Positions 53,171-64,000 of a stretch of DNA of 64,000 nt are shown one piece after another; positions within the stretch are counted from its first letter, which is position 1; each line of letters begins with the position of its first letter. Source of the DNA: Octopus sinensis. Its lineage: Eukaryota. The DNA is taken from contig NC_043001.1 of the NCBI RefSeq assembly GCF_006345805.1, forward strand, positions 129,766,001 to 129,830,000. Reading direction: 5' to 3'. The position numbers and the translations under genes were made by a program. The notes under the pieces were generated by a model. It was not told where the DNA came from and searched no databases. It was given only the letters and a program-made list of their open reading frames with translations.

Positions 53171-53501
53171 TAGAACCATGCAATAAATAAATAAATAAAT
53201 AAAAGCTTATTAAAAACCAAGAAAGAAAATAGAAGATAATGCACACAATAAAATAAACAACACAAGAGAAAATTACAGAGAGAAGTTAAATATAGCAGTT
53301 GTAAATAGCAAGAGTTTGGTTTCCATGAGTATGACCTCATTAATTTGGTGTACCACATGTATGAACATGAGTAGACAATCAGACCTGGTAAGGATTTTTC
53401 ATACATACCCACAATACAATGTGTCAAAAGCTTTTGACATCACTAAAGTTTATATTCAACAACGGATCGCCCTCTTTTTGCATTTCCATTGCTTGTCTTA
53501 A

Positions 53502-53722
53502 CCCTTTGATGTTTAAGCCAGCCATAGCCGGCCCAAATATCCTACATGTTTTACTTTCAAACTGGCCATATCTAGCCTCTTACATCTAACCTGCATTGAC
53601 ATTCTAAGAATAAACTATCACACCATTGAAACTTCAAAGCTGTAAGATAATGTGTGATTAATTCAAAACAATTTGAGTGGAAAAAGTATTACATGTAACA
53701 GAATAATCTGAACACTAAAGGG
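53502..53722 (+). mobile_element. piggyBac-type MITE family G, 221 bp
   Basis: TTAA|CCCTTTG...CTAAAGGG|TTAA; removing it restores RTE codons (LALRQA). Confidence 0.9.
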
Positions 53723-53899
53723 TTAAAGCTAAGATCATATAATTGAAACTTCATTGGCTTTTTAGCAGAAGATTGTTTTTGATGATATGGTTATTGAGGT
53801 GATCAAGGATCGTTCTTTTGCAATTGACAAGAGGGAAATAATTCTACAACTATTATATGATTGTTACCTTTGTCCTTGTACAGGTAAATAATTGCTGTA

Positions 53900-54298
53900 G
53901 TGGAGGCGCAATGGCCCAGTGGTTAGGGCAGCGGACTCGCGATCATAGGATTGCGGTTTCGATTCCCAGATCAGGCGTTGTGAGTGTTTATTGAGCGAAA
54001 ACACCTAAAGCTCCACGAGTCTCCGGCAGGGGATGGTGGTGATCCCTGCTGTACTCTTTCACCACAACTTTCTCTCACTCTTACTTCCTGTTTCTGTTGT
54101 ACCTTGTATTTCAAAGGGCCGGCCTTGTCACTCTCTGTGTCACGCTGAATATCTCCGAGAACTACGTTAAGGGTACACATGTCTGTGGAGTGCTCAGCCA
54201 CTTACATGTTAATTTCACGAGCAGGCTGTTCCGTTGATTCGGATCAACCGGAACTCTCGTCGTCGTAACCGATGGAGTGCTTCCAAAAAAAAAAATAA
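53900..54298 (+). mobile_element. tRNA-derived SINE, head B + tail Y, 15-bp TSD
   Basis: TAAATAATTGCTGTA at 53885-53899 and 54299-54313; A-rich 3' end. Confidence 0.9.
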
Positions 54299-54785
54299 TA
54301 AATAATTGCTGTATTTTTGAATTCTTGGGGGAATGGTGACTGATGACCACATCAAGGGAAACCGCTCAATTTCTCAATGTATCTATAAAATAGTCATATT
54401 TCAGCAAGAATTGAACTTAAATTTGGTGCTTTACTAAAGAACAGTGAATTCACAGTTTCAATGGTTTACAAAAGATTTGGGGACTTCATTGAAGGGCGTG
54501 TTTATTGGAATCTGCTCCATATTGACAATAAATTCCTTAGATATGCAGGATTGTCTGTTCAAAACATTTTGAAAGTGTTTAGCCCACCTTTCACATATGG
54601 CTTCTTTGTCTGTGATATGTGGACTTCTATCTACAGTGAGGAAGTGTGAAAAACCCACATGAGTTGGGCCATAGATTGTATGAAAGCTTTCAAGATATAT
54701 ACATATACATGTATATATGCAAGTATGAGAACATACATTCATACATTTATATATGGAAAAATGTACATATATAATTATATATATA

Positions 54786-54848
<63 letters not shown>

Positions 54849-54861
54849 ATATATATATATA

Positions 54862-54911
<50 letters not shown>

Positions 54912-55575
54912 GAGGGAGAGAGAGAGAAACAGAAAGATTTATATACCAAAAGAAAGAGTGCTTATTTTAACAGTTCCTGCCTTTGTTTAAATTTAGACAA
55001 ACCTCAAAGTATAAAAAAAAGAAGAAAGAAAAAAGACGCAGTTAAAGATTTAGAAAATTAAGAGGATAGAGAAAGAAAATAAAAGAAAAATGAAGCTAAA
55101 TCAAGTAGTGAACAAAGAAATAAAACAAGTCTAATGTTAAAAGACATATTATTATAGCTTTGTGTATTCAGATATCAATAAAACAAGATGAAAAAATATT
55201 GAATATAGATAACATAATAGCATATGTTTTATTATTGACTTAAGAGATGAGATGATACAAACTAACGCAAATAAGAAACTATCGAACATTACAAATATTT
55301 TAGCATTGTTGAAGATGTCAGATTTGGAAAAAAAGAGGGGGAAAAAAAAATCTGTTTCTTTATGTCTTCCCATCTGAAGCCTCTGTATTCTGTAAAGTTT
55401 ACTATATTAATACAGTTATATTTTATTTATAATAGTTTTTTCTAGATCGAGTGGTGGTGGGGAATAGAAAAATCTGTTGATATTCAGATGAGTTTATGAA
55501 TAAAGAAATGCAACTGAATGAAAATTTTCTTGCAAGTAATAGCACAATGTCAAAGAAATAGATATCATTTTATCT

Positions 55576-55628
<53 letters not shown>

Positions 55629-56401
55629 GGTGAGTGAGAGGGAGAATATGCATGTGTTGTTATGGAGTTTTAAGTGTATATTTAGCAAAGTACATTGCAA
55701 CTTTGGAAAGGACAATACACTTTTACAAAAAAAAAAAAGTGAATAAATAAATAAGCGAAAAATAAAAATAAAGATGGAAAAAGAAAAGAAATATACTCGC
55801 ATAACAATTTAACATGCAATGAGGAAATCGGATATGTTTAACTATAGATAGCTGGTCTTGATCCTATAAGAATTTTATTTTTTAGTAACATCCTTTGTTT
55901 CTCTAAAATACAATGGATTTGATTGTTCTATATATTCAGACATTTGTTTGAAAAAATTGCTGGAGCCAGTTCAAATTTTACAGCTGGATACTATTCCAAA
56001 TATCAACTATTCAACCATGAAATAAAAATAGACTTTTTAGTTTCAGTTGACGGTCCAAAGATTGAGTGTTAACTCTAGGTTGTGATTAATTCATCAGTAC
56101 TATTATGTGAAATTAATCACACCAATGCTTAGGATCACAGGTTCAGTAAACTGGATGTGAAGGAAAAAAAAAAAATCAAGGTATTTTACGGAAGAGGAAA
56201 AATTACAAAATCAGCCAGCGATAGTTACTCGATGCTAGCTGCGGCTAAAGATTGGGTAACACTTCAAAATCTTAATTTGATAAAAAACAACAAAAAAAAA
56301 CAAATGCAATACAGTGAGACTGAACCTGAGTTCAAATCCAGATGGTTGTAAAACTAACATGTTGACCACACAGGCATGCTAATGTATGCATATGTACATA
56401 T

Positions 56402-56705
56402 ATCACCGTGACTGACCAGGCTATCTGATGCTGCTACACATTGCTGGTCACAATGCACTTCGCATTGTTTTTAGCCTTCAAATGATGCCACCCCGCTGGC
56501 TAAGCGAGCAGGCTAACAGAAGAAAGAGTGAGAGAAAGTTGTGGCAAAAGAGTACAGCAGGGATCGCCACCACCCCATGCCGGAGCCTCGTGGAGCTTTA
56601 GGTATTTTCACTCAATAAACGCTCACAACGCCCGGTCTGGGAATCGAAACCGCGATCCTACAACCGCGAGTCCGCTGCCCTAACCACTGGGCCATTGCAC
56701 CTTCA
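56402..56705 (-). mobile_element. tRNA-derived SINE, head B + tail X
   Basis: Reverse complement of 41281-41578. Confidence 0.9.
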
Positions 56706-56736
56706 CATGTACATATATATAGACTATATTTACATA

Positions 56737-58358
56737 AGAGGGTGGTCTGAAAATTTCATAGGTGTCATGTTATAGCTGTAATATCTTGCATACATTAATT
56801 TCATCTCTTGTTATCAATATCTCCATTGTTCTTTCTGGTAAACTGACATCTCACTGACTCTTCAAAGAAGACATCAAAAGTAACTAGTAGTTACTTCTCT
56901 TGAAAATGGACAAAATTTGGCATTGTGGTGTTATCAAGTATCTACAGAAAAGGGATATTATGCCCAAGACATTCATGCTGACATGGTTCCTACACTGGGG
57001 GAGGATACTCCAGTGTTATCAACAATGCGAGAGTGGGCAGCTGAATTTAGGAGGTGAAGAGAGAGTCTTGAAGATGACCCAGTGTCTGGATGTCCTGCAA
57101 CTGTCACCACCGAGGAAAACATTGATTGTCTTCACCACATGCTGATGGATGATAGACAATTCACTATGAATTAAACAGCCAATGAATGCTGTTAGCATAT
57201 CTCGTGAGAAACTTGAGAATATTCTGCACAAGGAACTCAGGATTATGAAGATTTCTACTCAGTGGGTGCCATGTCTTCTGCCACCTGATCAAAAGTGCAC
57301 CAGGTTGGTCACATCACAGGAAAATTTGACATTATTTGAGGCAGAGCCATCTGGTTTCCTCGAGCATTTTCTAACTCAGGATGAGTGTTGGCTTCATCAC
57401 TTTGAACCAGAGACAGAGACAAGCCATACAGTGGAAACACCCTTCCTCATTGCTCCAAAGACAGCCAAGGTTTCATCTGCAGTGAAGGTAATGGCGTCAG
57501 TTTTTTGGGATGCAAAAGGCAGTTACAAAAGGCTATCAAGAACAAGCACTCAGGAAAACTGACAAAAAGAGACTTGTTTCATCAGGACAATATTCCAGCC
57601 CACAGCTGTTGGTTTCAATGGCTGTTGTGCATAAATGTGGCTGTGAACTGGATGATTACCTTCCCTGTTTTTCTGATTTCATCCCGTCTGACTATCATTT
57701 GTTCCTCGACTGGAAAAACACTTGGCCGGGAATCAGTATTCCAGTGAGGATGACAATATCTGCTGTTTCTCTTTTACTCTTTTACTTGTTTCAGTCATTT
57801 GACTGCGGCCATGCTGGAGCACCGCCTTTAATCGAGCAACTCGACCCCGGGACTTATTCTTTTGTAAGCCCAGTACTTATTTTATCGGTCTCTTTTGCCG
57901 AACCGCTAAGTAACGGGGACATAAACACACCAGCATCGGTTTTCAAGCAATGCTAGGGGGACAAATACAGACACACAAACACACACACACATATATATAT
58001 ACATATATACGACAGGCTTCTTTCAGTTTCTGTCTACCAAATCCACTCACAAGGCTTTGGTCGGCCCGAGGCTATAGTAGAAGACACTTGCCCAAGGTGC
58101 CACGCAGTGGGACTGAACCCGGAACCATGTGGTTGGTAGACAAGCTACTTACCACACAGCCACTCCTGCGCCTATATGTTGATGACTTTTTTCACCAACA
58201 GCATGAAACCTGTCTTCTTCAATGGGATACAAACACTACAATACCCATGGAAGAAGTGTGCAGGCCACAAGAAGGACTATGCTGAAAAATAAGCTTCATT
58301 TAGTCACATTCTGTAAGAGTATCTTGGTCAGCCTATGAACTCTTCAGCAGACCCTCAT
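56737..58358 (+). mobile_element. Near full-length decayed mariner (DD34D) transposon
   Basis: TIRs GAGGGTGGTCTGAAAATTTCATAGG / CCTATGAACTCTTCAGCAGACCCTC; MDKIWHCGVIKYL, WVPCLL, TQDECW, VFWD, HQDNIPAH, DFIPSDYHLF and GLC/GDYAEK-type terminus, with frameshifts. Confidence 0.9.
57769..58175 (-). mobile_element. SINE A inserted into the mariner ORF
   Basis: Interrupts ISAV|DDFF; possible short TGTT TSD. Confidence 0.9.
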
Positions 58359-58529
58359 GCACATAACATATGCAATATATACATCTTACATCGCTCACAT
58401 GCACACACATGCATACACATGCACACACACAATATATTCATTACCCTGCATACATAAACAAAAGTAGGATATTGTAATCACTTGTCATTGTCTGTGTGTT
58501 TGCAAAATTACTGGAAAATGGCAGAATAG

Positions 58530-58878
58530 GAGGAGAAGGAGGGGACCCTCTTCGGTCATGAATGACCATGGGATTGCGCCTAGAAGGTTACCCTCCGAGG
58601 CACAAGTCTGGGCAAGGTTGTCTATGGAAGGCCAGCAGTCACCCATGCATACCAGCCTCCCTTCTCCACACCACTGATGTTATCCAAGGGAAAGGCAAAG
58701 GCCAATACAGCTTGGCACCAGTGATGTTGCAGCTCATTTCTACAGCTAAGAGAATTGGAGCAACGTGAAATAAAGTGTCTTGCTCAAGAACACAACACAC
58801 AGCCCAGTCTGGGAATCGCACTCACAACCTCACGATTGTAAGCTCAACGCCTCTAACCACTGAGCCATGTGCCTTCAC
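58530..58878 (-). mobile_element. tRNA-derived SINE, head C + tail Z, 10-bp TSD
   Basis: GGCAGAATAG at 58520-58529 and 58879-58888. Confidence 0.9.
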
Positions 58879-59029
58879 GGCAGAATAGATTTTCAACAAA
58901 TTAGGCAGAAATACTCATTAGGTAAGTTGCTCAAAATGATGGAAATTTGGTTTGATTATCTTCAAACATACATAAATACATACATAGATGCATGTGCCGT
59001 GATGGATTCGAGTGTTTTGTTTAGGAGTT

Positions 59030-59600
59030 ATTTCTTAATTTCACTGGAGTATAAAAACCTACAATGGTGATGCTTAAAATAAAAAAAAAATTTCCCTATA
59101 AGGAAGTGGTCATATTATTTATATTCTACAAAGAACTACAGTATGTTTGATTCACCGACCATTATTGAAAGATGTTCAAAACACTTCTCAAATTCTATGC
59201 AATGTTTTCTATAAGCATTTCATTTTGTTCCCTTTTTTCCATAAAATCAACTCTCATCTGAATGTGTATAGATCATGGTGTACCTATATGTATAGATTCG
59301 TGTGGGTACATACATATATACATAAATACATACATAGATATGTGACTGTGCCTGCATGTATATGTATGTGTGTGATAGAAGGTTTCACTTATTTATGAGT
59401 TGATTTAATTTCACTGGGGTTAGAAAAGAATCAAACTTACAAATTTTGCGATCAGCAAGTGGTTATATTACTTATATTCAACAATGAACTACAGTATGTT
59501 TGATTCACCTGCCATCATTGAAAGACATTCAAAACATTTCTCAAATTCTATGCAATATTTTTTATAAGTATTTCATTTTGTTTACTTTCTTTTTCATAAT
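59030..59600. repeat. Old direct duplication, period ~353 bp
   Basis: GAACTACAGTATGTTTGATTCACC at about 59134 and 59487, with diverged flanks. Confidence 0.8.
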
Positions 59601-60029
59601 CATTATTACTATTTGAATAATGAATTATTTAGTCATAGGCAAATTGTATGTTGAAGTTTCCAAAACAAACTTTGATTTACTTTGCCAACTTGTATTTTAG
59701 CATTTCCCTGTAAAACTACTAAAATAGAAAGTTTTTTGTTTTTTTGAACAAGCAGAATTCTTCAGTGAAAAATTGGAGAAGAATCTCCATTTTATGTTAC
59801 TCTTTTCTTAATATTAATTCCAACCCTCCTAAAATAACATTCAAATTTCTTTGCCAATTTGTATTTTAACGTTTTCATGAAAACAATTTGGGAAAAATTT
59901 ATCTGCACACTGGGAATGGATCACTCCTCTGATGCCTATTTTTTTCATTATACATATATTATATATATGTCTATATTATGCACTTTATGTACACATGCAA
60001 TATATGCATTATACATATATATAAAAATG

Positions 60030-60505
60030 ACTGGTAGAACTAAATATGTTTCTACAAAAGCAGAAATGCACTGAAAGGCGAATAAATCATGCTATAACCA
60101 AAGCAAAAGTAATTCCAGTCTCTGCTATCAATCATCAAATCTCCAAGAAATAATCTTAAAAATTCACAAATCATCAGCAACCAAAGACAACCACAAAATC
60201 TCAAAAGACTAACAAATGCAAGATTCACATTAGAGAAAGAAGTAATAGAGGTAACAACTTGTGGTGACCCTCATTGTAGGACATGTGAAATAATTAAAGA
60301 AAGAACAATGTAAAGATTCAAGAATAAGAAGGAATTGAAACCAAATGCAAACCTGAATTGCAAAACAAAAAATTCTCATCTACTGCCTCATACCCCTGCA
60401 GTGCAATGAAAATTACATTGGGGAAACAGGAACTAAACTAACCAGCCATGTAGATGTGAATAAAAAGCAAACTAAAGATTTATCTCTTAGAAATGTTCCA
60501 AATGC
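60030..60505 (+). mobile_element. Penelope-like element relic 1 (GIY-YIG endonuclease region)
   Basis: RQPQNLKRLTNARF..VTTCGDPHCRTCEII...NCKT.ILIYCLIPLQCNENYIGETG. Confidence 0.8.
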
Positions 60506-60935
60506 AAAGCTTTACACAACAACCATGAAACTAATGGTTAAAAAATGTGGATGAAAAACTGTGGAACATGCCCCAACCGACTGGAAAGCTCAGAATTCCA
60601 ATTCAAAGAAGGTGAGAGGTTCACAATTAAGACAAACTTCACTTGTGCATCTTAGAATTTAATTTTTGTTATAACTTGTTCAGGTTATGGACATAACTAT
60701 ATAGGACAGACAAGTATGACTCTTAGACAGATAACAATACTACATAAGAAACATAACTGTTTCCCAAAGTATTGACAGATATCTTTGAGTTAACACTTAG
60801 AGAGTTTTGTGTAAGGAATCTCCAATCAAGTTTCACAGTTTTCCCCATCTACCAGTGTAAAGAAACAATTTCTGTATAAGACCGTTTAAATAAAGAAAAT
60901 TTATTTATGCTTAAATATGAATGCATAATCAACTT
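60500..60935 (+). mobile_element. Penelope-like element relic 2 (GIY-YIG endonuclease region)
   Basis: VKKCG*.NCGTC...FKEGERFTIKTNFTCAS*NLIFVITCSGYGHNYIGQTSMTLRQ...FTVFPIYQCKE...RLNKENLFMLKY. Confidence 0.85.
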
Positions 60936-63574
60936 TGTCTCAGTATATATTTTAATTCATGATCACATACCCATCAGTGTACATATTTCATCTGACTACT
61001 TTAGCTTATGAGTTTTGTATGTTTATTTATCCCACCCCCAAAATGAGCCATTACCCCCCCTGTCCCGAGTAATAACTGTTACCAGTTACCTCCCTTAGAT
61101 TTTTCTACATGCTGATTCATTCACAAACTTTCATACAAGAATATGGACTAAAATCTTTTTAAGAAAAATCGAAGTTACAAAAATTTCAATGTCATGATTA
61201 GTGAAAGAGAAACTGGTCGACAACCACAATACTCTTTCATTTTAAATATATCAAAACTATGTAAATTGTGTGCATTTTTCTTCTTTTATTTTATATATAT
61301 ATATTTTTTACACACACACACACACATACATACATACATACATACATACATACATACAATACATACATACATACACATGCATATATATATATATATGCGT
61401 GTGTGAAAACTCCATTTGTAAGATACATTCATATCTCATACGACAGAGTTTCAATAAAGTAATTTCTTTTTGCATATAACACTATTTTTAACTTATGTCC
61501 ATTGCAAGACACATCATAGAACTATTACTGAACCAGTTTGGGAAGTATAGGAAGGTGTAGAGTAACCTTGTCAGTAAGTAAAGTTAGCAAACGAAAAATA
61601 TTTAATTAAAATTATTTTTATACAGAAAAAAATCAGTATTGATAATAATTATTGTTAAAAAATTAAAGGAGACTATTCCTGAAAATATAAACTGAATGGT
61701 TCATGCAATGAAGAGTGGGTTTGTAAAGTAGGTAATGAAGTTCTTTCACAAAATTGTAGTACTCTGAATATCATCAGAGATGTTCAAAGTAGCCTAGTTT
61801 AAGAGATACACATAGAGAAAATGAACAAAAGGATAGAGTGTGGGAATGGGAAAGAGAGAGAGAGAAGGAGAGCAAGAGAGACGTGATAGAAGAGATGTAG
61901 ACAGACAGATGCTAGGATTGGAAACAATAAATGTGAAGAAACCAAAGAACTCTTTACTGTGTCTACCAGTAGAGGCTGACACAGAATATTTTGGTTATAA
62001 TGAAGTATTCAATGGAAGGAAAAATTTCAAATTTTAAAAAAATTTCAACTTTGAAAAATTTTCTCAAAAGGGAATTTGTGAAGGATATAAGGGAAAGGGA
62101 ATATAAGGTGGAAATTCTCTATAGCTGGGGCCATATATATTAACCAGGAATCAATAGTTCTACAGTTGAATGTTCATAGTTTCAATTTAAATTGTTCCTA
62201 TTCTTCTTTGCCAGTGAAGAAATAAGATATATTCTATAAAAATAGAGGTAAAAAGAAGAAACTTCAGTTGGAAAAAAGCATTATAGAATATAAAACAGTT
62301 TCAAGTAAATATATATGTGTGTGTGTTTGAGGAGGTTTGTGTACATGTATTTATTAAAAAATGTATAATATTCCAACAGCTTTCTTTCCTTTGTATTTTT
62401 TTTATGCACATTTTATTTCAAAAGACTGTTATACTTCTGTTTCCCTTCTGTTCTGTTCATATTGAAGTTAAGAAGGAAAATAAAAAAGAAAAGACGACAG
62501 AAAAACAAAAGTGCAAAAGAAAGGAAGTTGTTAAAAAATATTTTTAAAAAATGAAACAAAAAAGATGAATACAAAAATAAAAGGAAATGATTGAAAACTT
62601 ATCTGTCTTTTATATTATTTCAAAACTGTCCCAGAAGCAATACAGTAGTAGAACAAGAGAATAAAAGAAATAGTCTCCAAGATAATATTGAACTTACTGG
62701 ATCTATAAGTAGAGAGAGACGGTGCGAGTGAATGGGTGATGAAAAAGAAAACGGTTGTCTCAATGAATTCTTTGTTATATAACTAAGGACGAAAATACTG
62801 AACAACAATAGGAATTTTTGTTTATTTGTAAAAGGAAACAAAATGAAAGAAATGACAACAACAAAAATTCAGTTTGATTTTTCCTTTTTTTTTTTTTTTT
62901 AATGGCCAACAAAAATCGCAAGAGAAAGTAAGAAATTATATGAAATAAGTCATACTAAGTCCACTTGTATGTTGTGCTATTGCAAACCTACAGAGAGGAG
63001 GAGGAAAAAAGACAGAAAACGAATGAGAAAGAAATCAGAAAAAGGAAAAAAAAAAAATGGAAAAAAAGATCAGAAAAGGAATAAGAGAGAAGGAAGGTAA
63101 AAAAAAAACGATGTGGAAGGAGATGAAAATGAAAATGTCAAAGATGATAACAAATAAGAAGGAAAGGAAATAATGAGGGAATTCAATAAATTTTGATATA
63201 AGTGCTAGATAACAGTTGAGGAAAGAGTATTAAGAATAAGAAAAATATACAGCAGAACACTTTATCATTATGATTCTGGAAAATATCAATTTCTGATAGA
63301 AGCACAAGAGGACCATAAATTTACTGCCAGGTGGATGATGGGTGCATAGTTTTTCCTAACATCCACCCAGAACTTAGTTGGAGTTTTATTTTATTTCATC
63401 CATCCCCATTGGTGGGTAAAAGTAATACAATTACCACAAAATATTTTGTCTATTGCTCTATCAATTCAGCCAGTCCTCTGCCACTGCCCTTACAATAACC
63501 AACCCATCACCCTTACAACCACCAAACCCAGTCTATCATAGAATATCTTTAAAAAAAAAATGTTCTTGCTAATA

Positions 63575-63960
63575 AGCATAGCTGTGTAGATTAGAAACTC
63601 ACTTTGAAACCATGTTTTCAGGTTCAGTCCCATTGCACCTTGGACAAGTATCCTCAACTATAGCCCTGGGCCAACAAATATTTTCTGAGCGAATTCGATA
63701 GATGGAAACTGTAAAAGCCCATCATATGTACATATATGGTGTGTGTGTATTTGTCCTCCCACCATGGTTTGGCAAAGGAATAATGCTGTTTAAATCCCTG
63801 GAATTTAACTGTTTGGTAACAGAAACCACCAAAACGAACAGAATAAGTACTAGACAAAAAAGAAAAAAATATTCAAGTTGATCTGCTCAACTAAAAAAAA
63901 AAAAAAGAACTCTTCAAAGTAATGCCCTGTATGGCCACAGCCCAATGACTAAAGCCAGTG
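63575..63960 (+). mobile_element. SINE A (diverged)
   Basis: CAGGTTCAGTCCC B-box, body and tail recognisable. Confidence 0.75.
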
Positions 63961-64000
63961 AAAGATAATAGCTTACATAAATCTTTCTACATCGAAAATA

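Larger units (their letters stand above)
53290..54660 (-). mobile_element. RTE (BovB-like) LINE reverse transcriptase relic, interrupted twice
   Basis: ITDKEAICERWAKHFQNVLNRQS...SKAP...FPQEFKNTAIIYLYKDKG...ISLLSIAK...KSQ...MILALRQAME...SKAFDT...KILTR. Confidence 0.85.

Noticed and set aside
14957-58285. Recurrent ORFs such as RQASFSFRLPNPLTR...GTEPGTMWL and MLEHRL
   Set aside because: They are antisense or sense read-throughs of SINE A copies, not a gene family.
1070-61479. Numerous ORF-track entries rich in YI, HT or VC dipeptides
   Set aside because: They are translations of (TA)n and (CA)n microsatellites.

Overview
This is AT-rich eukaryotic DNA made up mostly of (TA)n/(CA)n microsatellites and interspersed repeats. 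The SINE families and overall composition look like an octopus (coleoid cephalopod) genome; that assignment is an inference from recalled repeat sequences, not a database match. There is no intact long ORF, and nearly all ORF-track entries are microsatellite or SINE read-through artefacts. Supported content: (1) several tRNA-derived SINE families (working names A, B/C, D) plus a (GAT)n-tailed retroposon (E); (2) decayed LINE fragments of RTE, CR1/L2-like, RLE/R4-like and Penelope (GIY-YIG) type; (3) DNA transposon relics: two mariners, one Tigger/pogo, a pogo-type MITE, piggyBac-type TTAA MITEs and a hAT-type MITE, many with readable target-site duplications (TSDs); (4) a few small minus-strand exon candidates of an unidentified multi-exon gene, the best at 20610-20840. 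The most notable unexplained structure is combinatorial head/tail swapping among SINEs and a recurring set of local fold-back or inverted duplications, often inside (TA)n tracts. I found no evidence for a novel enzymatic system or a CRISPR-like array.
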